Below, one piece after another: positions 10,368 to 19,801 of a stretch of DNA of 64,000 nucleotides. Made by a program: the position numbers and the translations under genes. The stretch is from an uncultured Acidobacteriota bacterium. GTDB lineage: Bacteria > Acidobacteriota > UBA6911. The stretch is taken from contig CAWEJX010000020.1 of NCBI GenBank assembly GCA_963809485.1, forward strand, positions 640,001 to 704,000, written 5' to 3'. Numbering within the stretch: position 1 is the stretch's first letter; each line of letters begins with the position of its first letter. Under the pieces are notes generated by a model. It ran no database searches. It was not told the origin of the DNA and saw nothing but the letters and a program-made list of their open reading frames with translations.

Positions 10368-10589
10368 TTAGTCTTGCGAATCGAGCCTTTCATCCCCTGC
10401 ATGAGCGATGGTTTTTGCAGCCAATATCGCGATGAAGCACAGCAGAGCGGCGCGCAGAAAACCGTCGAGCGCGAAGACGGCAACCAGGGCAAGAACGCCG
10501 TAGCAGGAGAGGGCGGCGAGCAGCCTGCCTCTGTTTCTTGTTAGTTTATCCCGAAAGAACGCAGACATTGACCCGTAAAACATAGCCAA
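10368..10589 (-). CDS. Small membrane protein (2 TM)
   Basis: Two hydrophobic segments; co-oriented just downstream of the Fe-S oxidoreductase gene. Confidence 0.6.
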   Translation of the reverse strand: MAMFYGSMSAFFRDKLTRNRGRLLAALSCYGVLALVAVFALDGFLRAALLCFIAILAAKTIAHAGDERLDSQD

Positions 10590-10620
10590 ACCATATCTTC
10601 ATCCGGCTGATCGCGGAATT

Positions 10621-12684
10621 TCATTTTTTCGGCGGCTCAACGCTTTCCGCAATCACCGATGCCACATCGATGACGCGCATGCTCTCGTCGTAATTGAGAA
10701 GTTTCAGCGAATCCTGCAGCATATGCATGCAGAAGGCGCAGGCGGTCACGATCGTATCCGCCCCCGCCGCGTGGGCCTGCTTCACGCGAAGGTTATTGAT
10801 CCGCTCGCCGCGTTTGAGATCCATAAAATAGTGCCCGCCGCCGGCGCCGCAGCACAGGCTTTTTTCACGGCGGTTCTTCATTTCCCGTGCGGGCGCCGGG
10901 AATCGGCCCTGATAACTTCGCGCGGCGGATCGTAGATCTTCTGATAGCGCCCGAGATAGCACGGGTCGTGATACACATACTTGCGCGCGTCGCCAAGTTG
11001 CGGTTTGAGCGCGCCGCGGACGAGCAGGTCGCGAATAAATTCGCTGTGGTGCACGACGTTGAAGTTCGCCGCCGAATTGCCGGTACTCGTGCTTGAGGAC
11101 GTTGTAGCAGTGCGGGCAACCGGTCAGAAGGATTTTGAATTCGCGCTGTTTGAGCAGTTCGACCTGCTCTTTGGCGGCCTGCTGAAAGAGCATCTCCTGC
11201 CCCATGATGCGGGCGGGATCCCCGCAGCATTTTTCGTCCCCGCCGAGCACACCGAAATCAATGCCGCACTTTTCCATCAGCCGGCAGATGTCGTTCGGCA
11301 ATCTTGTGCTTCTGCGGATCGAAGGCCACGATGCAGCCGATCCAGTAAAGCACATCCACCTTCTCCCCGGGGCCGACTACCCGGATTTTGGATTGTTCGA
11401 TCCAGTCAGTCCGTTCGGACTGCGGGCCAAAGGGATTCCCATTGGTTTCGAACAGGCGCAGCGCGCGTCCGGCCTCTTCCGGCACGCGCCCCTGAATAAG
11501 CACCTCGTTGCGGCGCAGCTCCATCAGAGTGTCCGACGTGATCGATGAGCGCGGGGCAGACTTCCACGCATGCGCTGCAGGTCCGGCAATGCCAGATAAA
11601 CTCTTCGTCGAAAGCCTTGCCGACGATGTCGCCGGCTCGGCCGCGTCGCTTTTTCCTCCGTTTCTGCCGCTCTCCAGCTCAGTGAGAGATTGCTTGATGC
11701 GGGCGATCAGCTGCCGCGGCGTGAAGTACTCTTTGTCCGCCATGTAGGCCGGACAGACCTCCTCGCAGCGACCGCAGGAAACGCAGGTGTCGAGATCCAT
11801 GCGCTGCTTCCAGGTGAGCTCGTCGGCCTTCTGGAGGCCGATCTTGAGGTCGCGTCGCTTTCCGCGCTTTCCATCAGCTTTTCGATATCCTGCGCGCTGG
11901 AGCTCGCCGCGCGGCTTGAGTTTCGAGAAGAAAACATTGGTCGGAAGCGAGAGCAGGTGAACGAACTTGGTGTAGGGAATCAGGGCAATCCAGCCCATGG
12001 CAAAGATCGTGTGCATCCACCAGAGCGAGGCATGAAAGCTTCTGCCGGTCCGTTCTTCCATTCCGGCAGAACACGCCGAAACTGCCCAAGCCCACGGGGG
12101 ACAGCGCTCTCCACGGATCGCCGGTGACGGCGATCCGAAGCCCTTCGACCAGATAACCGGTGATGACCATGCAGGCGATCAAGAAGCAGAACGAGACCGT
12201 CCTCACGGGTATTGGGCAGGGTTTCAGGCTTCAGCGACGTATCGGCGGTAGGCGGCCATCGCGATGCCGACGAGGATCAGGAGGCCGGCCAGCTCGGAGG
12301 CCACGGAAAAGAAGACGTAGACGAATCCCTGGAATATATTCAGCTGGAGGCCGAACAGATGCCCGGCATCGTATTCGATCATGACGATCAGGGTCGTCAC
12401 CACCAGCACGATGAAGGAATAGAAAATGAGGCAATGAAAAATCGCGGGGTAACCGGAATTGCGGACCTGTTTCTGGAGGAAGATTTCGCGCAGGAGAATT
12501 TTGAGGCGTTTGCCCCAGTCCGCGAGCCTTTCTTTGTCGCCCTTCCCCCGGCGCCAGAATTCTATCCGTTGTACAGGCTCCCCAGGCAAATAACGCCAGC
12601 GGCAGCCAGAAACAGACCATACATCACCCAAACGTGAGAAATGTTCCACATCAAAGGCCGTGTTGCTTCAGAAAGTGGTGGCAT
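10621..12684 (-). pseudogene. Membrane-anchored heterodisulfide-reductase-like Fe-S oxidoreductase (HdrF/FadF-like: TM cytochrome b-like, 2x4Fe-4S and CCG domains), multiply frameshifted
   Basis: Fragments in different frames: MPPLSEATRPLMWN (ATG at 12684), FHCLIFYSF, WWMH...IPYTKFVH, CVSCGRCEEVCP, GNPFG, YWIGC, EKCCGDPAR, CPHCYN, CCGAGGG and ACAFC. Confidence 0.85.
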
Positions 12685-12992
12685 CGCGGTATCCTCGCAG
12701 CATTAATAGAAAACCAGGCAATTTTGAGAGTTATCAGAACATCCACTGTCTGTCGCGGAACTCACAATCCCCTGCAGGAGCGACAGGCCGGTCATTCCTG
12801 CGGCTCGCGGCTGAGGATTCCCTCGAAACGCGCGTTCTACTACAGAAATACTCCAGACTTATCAGCATTCAAACCGATTTTACATCAGTCCGCCGATTTT
12901 ATGCTCCAATTTTTCAGCGCGATAGATATCATGGTCCTCTGTGCGGGATGGCAGAGTGTCCCGGGCCAAACCTAAGTATAAGGAGTACACCC

Positions 12993-13571
12993 ATGAAAGT
13001 CCTGGCGATCAACGGAAGCGGTAGAAAAGACGGCAACACCTGTTTGCTTTTAAAGGCCGTGCTGGCCGAGCTCGAGCGGGATGTAGTGGAAACAGAGCTG
13101 GTCCAAATGGCTGAAAAGCTGCCCATACAGGGCTGTGTCTCCTGCTTTAAATGCATGGAGCGCAAAAACATGCAGTGCGCGATCGATAGCGATCCCTTCA
13201 ATGAGTACTTTGAGAAAATCAGCAGGGCGGATGGCCTCCTGCTGGGATCCCCGGTCTATTTCTCCGACATAACAGCCGGCATGAAGGCGCTGATTGAGCG
13301 CTGCGGCTTCGTGTCCCGGGCCAACGGCGGCATCCTGCGGCGCAAGGTGGGAGCCGGAGTCATCGCGGTGCGCCGTGCGGGTTCGAACCATTCCCTGGCC
13401 AGCATCAATTATCTTTTTCTCATCAGTGAGATGATTGTTCCGGGATCCAATTACTGGAATATGGGCATCGGCAGGAATCCCGGCGAGGCGGCAGGCGACT
13501 CCGAGGGTCTCGAGACCATGAAAACGCTGGGGAGGAATATGGCCTGGCTGCTTAAAAAACTTTATGCGTAA
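12993..13571 (+). CDS. Iron-sulfur flavoprotein (flavodoxin family, NADPH-dependent FMN reductase-like)
   Basis: MKVLAINGSGRKDGNT, CxxCxxC-x6-C and GSPVYF motifs; RBS AAGGAG. Confidence 0.9.
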   Translation: MKVLAINGSGRKDGNTCLLLKAVLAELERDVVETELVQMAEKLPIQGCVSCFKCMERKNMQCAIDSDPFNEYFEKISRADGLLLGSPVYFSDITAGMKALIERCGFVSRANGGILRRKVGAGVIAVRRAGSNHSLASINYLFLISEMIVPGSNYWNMGIGRNPGEAAGDSEGLETMKTLGRNMAWLLKKLYA

Positions 13572-13836
13572 GGAGAAAAGCCATGGATGCAAAGCCCGAA
13601 AATCTGCGGGCCATGTTCGACTTCACCCGGGAATACGGCGTCTACTGAGATTCGCATCCTGCCGGAAATCCCGTCCAAGCGCTGAATAGATGAGAACGGT
13701 TTTCCCAACCCGCTTGATGCGGCACTTAATAACCATTCGATACAGGACGGTCCCAGGTCGCAGGTTTTTGAGACCTGCGATCTGAGACCCGCAGAGAATG
13801 CCTGTTTTTGCTGCCAACGCTTCCTGGCGGCTTGTC

Positions 13837-14508
13837 CTATTTCTTAAAGTGGGCCACGGTCTGGGCAAGGATGACTTTCTGATCCGGGCGCAGTTTAAGG
13901 GTCGTGGCAACTGCCTTTGCATCGACCATCGCGCGCACGATGCAGGCAAGGCCTTCCGAGGCGCAGTACAGATAAACATTTTGGGCAATGAAACCGACTC
14001 CGGCGAACGACCATGTTTCCGCCGTGGCCATTATTTCTCCTTTGCCCCCGAAGCCTTTCGCTTTGGCCATATCGGCTATGTAGATGAGGTTTAGAGGAGC
14101 CGTTTTAACAAAATCCTGCTGGCCCGCAACCGCACGGACGTCCTCTTTGCCGAGGACTTTTAGTTCGTGCTTGGGAGCGTCGTACAGAAAGAGGCCCTCC
14201 GCTGTGGTGACGTAGATATCAATATTCTGCCAATCCACGGCTGAGGGTGCTGTGCGATGTCCATCCGGCCGATTGACGCCGTCCGCCGCCCAAAGCAGAT
14301 TCGAGATCACCTGCAGGGACAATTTGACATCCGGCCCGAAATCGCCTCTGGTGCTTTGCCTCAGTTTCAGCGCCTGCATCAAGGGTTTGCCTCCATCCGT
14401 TTGGGGCGGTGGAAGCTTGATCACGTCGGCCGCCTGCGCCAGGCCCATGTCAGGGACGGCGAACAGGAACAAACTCAAAACCAGACTTGCCAGAAGTACT
14501 CTTCCCAT
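13837..14508 (-). CDS. Nitroreductase-family (SagB/ThcOx-like) flavoprotein with signal peptide
   Basis: IKLPPP, LMQALKLRQSTR, LLWAADG, RTAPSA and QNVYLYC motifs. Confidence 0.88.
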   Translation of the reverse strand: MGRVLLASLVLSLFLFAVPDMGLAQAADVIKLPPPQTDGGKPLMQALKLRQSTRGDFGPDVKLSLQVISNLLWAADGVNRPDGHRTAPSAVDWQNIDIYVTTAEGLFLYDAPKHELKVLGKEDVRAVAGQQDFVKTAPLNLIYIADMAKAKGFGGKGEIMATAETWSFAGVGFIAQNVYLYCASEGLACIVRAMVDAKAVATTLKLRPDQKVILAQTVAHFKK

Positions 14509-14537
14509 GATTCTTCTCCTCTCGGTTTATGGACAAT

Positions 14538-15122
14538 TCAATCCTCAATACGGCGGCATTCCTGCAGAAGCCTGTCTTTAAGATCTTTCAATTGGGGTTC
14601 GTAAGACTGCCGGATCCTGCCCAATTCCTGCTGCCAGTTCTCATTGTGCTTGAGATTCAGCCTGACCGCAGAACCCGAAACGCCGATTCTTTTCAATTCT
14701 TCGTTTGCAAGGGATGCAAAATCGCGAAGCTTTTTCTGTTTTTCCCCTTCAAAGTCGTCGAAGACCCGCTGGAAGCGCTTACCCGCTTCCTCCAGCAAGG
14801 CTGCCTTGCCCCCATCCAGGAGCGCGATCCCGGTCAAAGCCGTCCGTGCCGACGGGCCGTCCTCAAAGTGAATCGACTGCCAGAGGGCCCGTATCAGGGC
14901 GCGCCGCACCACGGGCTCCTGCTCTGTGCCGTACCTGGCCAATTCCGCGGTCAGTTTGTCGGCCGTTACGATGCCATCGAGGTATTTCCGGCACAGGGCT
15001 TCTCCCAGGGGGCCATATTCCTTTTCTTTCTGCTCCGCAATCTCCCCGGGAGTCAGCCGGGGCAATGCGGATATTCTTTCCATGGCGATTTCCAGTGCAC
15101 TTTTAATTCTTTCTTCTTCCAC
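14538..15122 (-). CDS. Conserved helical hypothetical protein
   Basis: N-terminal IKSALEIAMER motif; 9 bp downstream of the MBL-fold gene, so likely co-transcribed. Confidence 0.7.
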   Translation of the reverse strand: MEEERIKSALEIAMERISALPRLTPGEIAEQKEKEYGPLGEALCRKYLDGIVTADKLTAELARYGTEQEPVVRRALIRALWQSIHFEDGPSARTALTGIALLDGGKAALLEEAGKRFQRVFDDFEGEKQKKLRDFASLANEELKRIGVSGSAVRLNLKHNENWQQELGRIRQSYEPQLKDLKDRLLQECRRIED

Positions 15123-15131
15123 GCCATTCTC

Positions 15132-15815
15132 CTAAAGAGCAGCTGCACCCATAAAATTCTTAATAATTCGGAAATTGTCCTGCACCCTTTCCCTGCCTCT
15201 CAGGATTCCCGGGTTGCCATACGCGTGTCCGCAAAGCAGGTATTCGGTCTCGAGTTGGGATAAAGCTTCAATGCTGCGCTGCAGAGCCAGGGCGTCTCCG
15301 CCCGGAAAATCCGTTCTTCCCGTGCTCCTGTAAAATATGCAGTCTCCCGCAAGGAGCACCTTGCGGTCCGGCCAATAAAGGCATATATGGCCGGGAGTGT
15401 GGCCGGGCGAATGATAGACCTGAAAGGTTGTTGATCCGTTTGTCCCCAGCTGCAAAGCCCCTTCCTCCAAATAAATATCCACCTTGCCGCCCAGGCTTTC
15501 GAAGAGAGCCTCGTCCGCCCCGTGCAGGGCTACCAGGGCCCTGTTCTCCTCGCGGAGAGCGACGGCGGCTTCGCAGTGGTCGGGATGGCCATGGGTCAGG
15601 ATCACGAGACCGATGGCGTCACCGGCGAGTCCATCTTTTTCCATCGCTTCCAGCAGACGGTCCAGGGCATCTTCCCGGTAAGCCGGGGTGATTATGTGGC
15701 CGGGATCAACCACAACGTGCCTGCCTTCATTCAGCGCCCGGGCAAAAACATAAGAATTGCAGTTGTTGTCTCTTCCCCGCCACACATAGGCATAAAGATT
15801 ATCGATGATATTCAT
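15132..15815 (-). CDS. MBL-fold metallo-hydrolase (glyoxalase II-like)
   Basis: THGHPDH, PGHTPG, GDCIF, GRTDFPGG and CGH motifs. Confidence 0.9.
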   Translation of the reverse strand: MNIIDNLYAYVWRGRDNNCNSYVFARALNEGRHVVVDPGHIITPAYREDALDRLLEAMEKDGLAGDAIGLVILTHGHPDHCEAAVALREENRALVALHGADEALFESLGGKVDIYLEEGALQLGTNGSTTFQVYHSPGHTPGHICLYWPDRKVLLAGDCIFYRSTGRTDFPGGDALALQRSIEALSQLETEYLLCGHAYGNPGILRGRERVQDNFRIIKNFMGAAAL

Positions 15816-16023
15816 AGGGATATGATTCTAATATGCCAAAGCTTTTCGTCAAAGAGGAGAGTCTTGCAACCGGCAACGGGAAAGCAGGCAAAAGCCACGC
15901 ATTTTCCAAAATGCGGAAGACAGATGTTCCGAACTGCCCGGGCCGGGATGAGCCTGATCTGGACGGTTTGAGGGTGATCGTTAGGACAAATTCAATATCC
16001 GCGGTAATCTTATTTTAATTATC

Positions 16024-16956
16024 ATGAAAGAACACACGGCTTTTCTGGCAATTATTTCGTTTGCCGTAATCCTTGCGGCCGATTCCGGAGGCATGCAATC
16101 TATCCAGGCTCCGGGACAGCAACAGGAAGGTCCAGACTACAAATTCTCCGTACAAAGCCAGTTGGTGGAAGTTTATCTTACGGTTACAAGAGGAAACCAG
16201 CCGGTGGGAAATCTGCAGATTACCGATTTTGAACTCCTTGAGGATGGAGTTCCTGTCCCTCTGGACCGGCTGGACAGCCAGGAAGTCCATCTTCAGATAG
16301 CTCTCCTGATCGATACCAGTGAAAGCGTTCAGGAAGCATTGTATACCATTCAGGATGCCGCAATCTCATTCGCGGAAAGCCTGAATCCCGAAGACCGGAT
16401 GATGCTGGCTCTATTTAATTCGGAAATTCGCATGATCCCCCAGACAAGCGCAGAACGGGAGCCGATACTCAAGGCTATAAGAGGCGCCCGGGCTCGAGGC
16501 ATGACCCGGCTCCACGATGCCCTTCTGCAGGGGATGAAATACCTGGACGGCAAACCCGGACGCAAGGCCATTGTCTGCTTTACCGACGGCGAGGACACGG
16601 CCGGCACTACTTCGCGGTTCGCTGTTCTTGATGCAGCGGCCCGCTCCGGCTACCCGATCTATGCCATCGGCGCCGGTGCCGGGCTCGGGATGTCAAGTCT
16701 GCAGATGATCCTGCGCGAGTTCGCAGAGATCAACAGCGGGAAAGCCTATTTTATTCAAAATCTCAAAAAACTCCGGGAGGCTTTCCGGGCGGTGGCTTCC
16801 GAAATGAGATCGGCTTACGTGTTAAATTACTACACACGAATACCGCCGGATGGAAACTGGCACGACATCCGCATAAAGATCAAGGATCCCTCGTTGACGG
16901 TGCATGCCCGGAAGGGCTTCTACGCCAGAAACGCGGCCGATGTCTCGGCCCCTTAA
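16024..16956 (+). CDS. Secreted VWA domain protein (Acidobacteria-type VWFA family)
   Basis: Signal peptide; MIDAS motif DTSES, TRLHDA, FTDGED; C-terminal RKGFYA. Confidence 0.88.
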   Translation: MKEHTAFLAIISFAVILAADSGGMQSIQAPGQQQEGPDYKFSVQSQLVEVYLTVTRGNQPVGNLQITDFELLEDGVPVPLDRLDSQEVHLQIALLIDTSESVQEALYTIQDAAISFAESLNPEDRMMLALFNSEIRMIPQTSAEREPILKAIRGARARGMTRLHDALLQGMKYLDGKPGRKAIVCFTDGEDTAGTTSRFAVLDAAARSGYPIYAIGAGAGLGMSSLQMILREFAEINSGKAYFIQNLKKLREAFRAVASEMRSAYVLNYYTRIPPDGNWHDIRIKIKDPSLTVHARKGFYARNAADVSAP

Positions 16957-17055
16957 CCTCCGGGTCAAAAACCCCGAAGAATGGGTATAATGAGTCCTCC
17001 GGCTGGATGGATAAAGACGGCGCCCCGGCCTGAAAATTATGCGAGAACCTCTGAT

Positions 17056-17306
17056 GTCAGGCACCTCCGGCAAAGCCGGAGGCTTGAAAGATTTGAACCG
17101 CTCAAAGCGGTTGGAGGAGTTACGCCGGTCTTGAACGCTGACCTACGCGGGCAAAAGCCGATGAGGCGCCTCATCAGCTTTTGCTCGCCGACCCTCGCCG
17201 AACAAATCGGTGTTTGTCAGCGCTTTTATCAGCGTTTCTCAGCGTTTCAAAATACGGAGCTGTCAAACTCTTTGAGTCCCCCGGCAGAGCCGGGGGTTTA
17301 CCAATG
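17056..17306 (-). mobile_element. Non-autonomous IS200/IS605-family derivative, copy 2 (shortest)
   Basis: Reverse-complement match to 3325-3606; central hairpin closed at GAGGCGCCTC. Confidence 0.8.
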
Positions 17307-17373
17307 TAATTGGGCGCGGCCTTGGGCCATTTGGGCATCATTTACCTATTGGCCCGCGTCATAAGGAACCTGG

Positions 17374-19218
17374 ATGAAAGATCTATACGTCAAAGAACGT
17401 GACCGCTCGCGCATCCCCGAAAAATACAAGTGGGATTTGAGTGAGATTTATTCCGATGACGATGCATGGACGGAAGCCAGGCGAGGGTTTGCAGCCGGCT
17501 TTGCCCGCATCTCGTCTTTCCGGGGCAGGCTGTCCGAATCATCGGATCAACTCCTGAACTGCCTCGAACTGGCAAACCTTTTCGGCAAGGAGTGCGCAAG
17601 GCTTGCCAGCTACGCGAGCATGAAATCCGATCTGGACACCCGCGACTCAAAATACACGGCAATGGATCAGGAAATGAGCCGCATAGGATCGGACCTTTCC
17701 GCGTTGACTTCATTTATCGAACCGGAAATTCTGAGAATCGGTCCGGAAAGGATCAACCTCTATATCGAGCAGGAACCGCAGCTTGCAGTTTACCGCCATT
17801 TTTTCGACGACATCCTCCGGAAAAAAGATCACACGGGCACGGAAGCCGAAGAGAAGATCATTGCTGAAGCCAACCTGATGGCCGATTCTCCGGCCAGCAT
17901 CAATACCATTTTTTCCAACGCCGATTTTCCCTTTCCGGAAGTAACGCTGGAAGACGGCACTGCGGTGCGCCTGGACCCGCCGGCCTTCAGCCTGCACAGG
18001 AGGTCCCCGGTCCGCGAAAACAGAAAAATCGTTTTCTCCGCTTATATGGGAAGCCTGAATGGTTTTCGCCGGACTTTCGGCGCTCAACTTGCCGCGGAAG
18101 TCCGGAAGAACATGTTTTTCAGCCGCGCTCGATCCTACAAAAGCTGCCTGGAACGCGCCCTCGATGCCAACAATATCCCTGTTGCGGTTTACCATAACCT
18201 CATCTCGGGAGTTCACGCGCACCTGGATACCCTCCATCGATACCTGCTTCTGCGCAGAAGGCTGCTGGGATTAGAAGAGCTTCACTACTACGACCTCTAC
18301 GCGCCGGTCGTCAAGGAACTCGATCTGAGCTTCACGTTTGACGAGGCCGTGGAACATGTGCTCTCCTCCCTTGCTCCGCTCGGGAAGGAGTATCAGAGCG
18401 TCGCGAGAACGGCACTATCCAACCGCTGGATCGACGTATATCCGAACGCCGGCAAGAAGTCCGGCGCCTACATGAACGGCGCAGTCTATGACATCCACCC
18501 GTATATGCTTCTGAACTACAGCGGCAAATATGACGACATGAGCACCATAGCCCACGAACTCGGGCATACCATGCACAGCTACCTCACCAACAGGACTCAG
18601 CCCTACGCGCTTTCCCACTATTCGATTTTCGTGGCGGAGGTGGCATCGACATTCAATGAAGCGCTCTTGCTGAACCATATGCTGGCAACCGAAATCCGGG
18701 ACGAAGTGCGGCTGTCGCTGCTGTGCAATTACCTGGACAATGCCCGGGCAACGGTCTTCCGCCAGGTTCAATTCGCGGAGTTTGAACTCAGGATGCACCA
18801 GGTAGCGGAAGAGGGTTCGGCACTGACCGGCGATCATTTAAACTCCATTTACGCCGAAATCGCCCGGAAGTATTACGGACACGAAAAAGGCATCTGCATC
18901 GTGGATGACGAAATACAGGCCGAATGGGCCTATATTCCCCATTTCTTTTACAATTTCTACGTGTATCAATACGCAACCTCTTATACGGCTTCTGCGGCAC
19001 TCTCCGGAATGGTACAGGCGGGAGGCGAAGACGCGGTCCGAGCCTATCTCAGTCTTCTATCCGCAGGCGGATCCGACTACCCGATCGAGCTTCTGAAAAA
19101 GGTCGGAGTGGACATGACCACGCCGCATCCTCTTGAATCGATGATAGTTCGTATGAACCAGGTCATGGATGAAATTGAAAAAATCGCATTCAGCCCCAGC
19201 AGTCCCATTTTTCACTGA
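17374..19218 (+). CDS. pepF: Oligoendopeptidase F (M3B)
   Basis: KYKWDL, WIDVYPNAGKKSGAY, AHELGH, AEVASTFNE and IPHFFYNFYVYQYA motifs. Confidence 0.95.
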   Translation: MKDLYVKERDRSRIPEKYKWDLSEIYSDDDAWTEARRGFAAGFARISSFRGRLSESSDQLLNCLELANLFGKECARLASYASMKSDLDTRDSKYTAMDQEMSRIGSDLSALTSFIEPEILRIGPERINLYIEQEPQLAVYRHFFDDILRKKDHTGTEAEEKIIAEANLMADSPASINTIFSNADFPFPEVTLEDGTAVRLDPPAFSLHRRSPVRENRKIVFSAYMGSLNGFRRTFGAQLAAEVRKNMFFSRARSYKSCLERALDANNIPVAVYHNLISGVHAHLDTLHRYLLLRRRLLGLEELHYYDLYAPVVKELDLSFTFDEAVEHVLSSLAPLGKEYQSVARTALSNRWIDVYPNAGKKSGAYMNGAVYDIHPYMLLNYSGKYDDMSTIAHELGHTMHSYLTNRTQPYALSHYSIFVAEVASTFNEALLLNHMLATEIRDEVRLSLLCNYLDNARATVFRQVQFAEFELRMHQVAEEGSALTGDHLNSIYAEIARKYYGHEKGICIVDDEIQAEWAYIPHFFYNFYVYQYATSYTASAALSGMVQAGGEDAVRAYLSLLSAGGSDYPIELLKKVGVDMTTPHPLESMIVRMNQVMDEIEKIAFSPSSPIFH

Positions 19219-19261
19219 TTGCCGACTATATTGTCCCGGCCGAACCTGCTAATATAAAAAA

Positions 19262-19528
19262 ATGCTCAAATATGCCCGGCGGATTATCATACTGATTGTT
19301 GGAATGACTGTTTTGCTGATAGGCGTTGCCATGCTCGTACTGCCCGGTCCAGCGATCGTCGTGATCCCGGTCGGCCTGGCGATCCTGGCAACGGAGTATG
19401 CCTGGGCCCGCCACTGGCTTAGGGTGCTCCGCGAAACTACGGAAAAGGGTGCCGAAAAACTGAAGCTGCGGGCCATGTTTTCGCGCAAAACCGCCTCGAA
19501 TCCCCAGGGCGCCGCCCGGGAGCAGTAA
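19262..19528 (+). CDS. PGPGW-domain small membrane protein
   Basis: LVLPGPAIVVIPVGLAILATEYAWA motif. Confidence 0.85.
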   Translation: MLKYARRIIILIVGMTVLLIGVAMLVLPGPAIVVIPVGLAILATEYAWARHWLRVLRETTEKGAEKLKLRAMFSRKTASNPQGAAREQ

Positions 19529-19565
19529 AAACCCAAGAACCAGGAATGCGTTCCCTTCTCATGTA

Positions 19566-19604
19566 ACGCCGATGTACGCTGACAGAAGCGCCGACACACG
19601 CTGA
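19566..19604 (+). repeat. 4x RCGCYGA element, 10-12-10 spacing
   Basis: ACGCCGA 19566, ACGCTGA 19576, GCGCCGA 19588, ACGCTGA 19598. Confidence 0.75.
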
Positions 19605-19801
19605 AAAAATATATGGCATTACACGGCCTGGATCAGCGCTGCACTTTCAGTGGCCGTCATGAAGCAGCCATCGATTTGGCTGTTTACACCACTAGTTCGT
19701 GTAATTTGCGGCCGTTTTTTATAAAATCCAGGTGTTAACCGATCGGGCAGCAGCTCAGGGACGAGGGAAGAATTTCCGGCGCATTCGGGCCGGGATCCAA
19801 G

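Noticed and set aside
10621-12684. Selenocysteine readthrough explaining the broken Hdr-like gene
   Set aside because: The breaks are frame changes, not in-frame TGA codons at Cys positions
12660-12992. N-terminal extensions in the ORF track (flavoprotein from 12660, PilT to 31397, sulfatase to 34373, GpmA from 52811)
   Set aside because: Family homology, and RBS positions where visible, point to downstream starts; several extensions overlap neighbouring genes
13837-14508. SagB-like oxidase as part of a RiPP (azole) cluster
   Set aside because: No YcaO, precursor peptide or transporter nearby; the protein has a signal peptide and looks like a stand-alone nitroreductase
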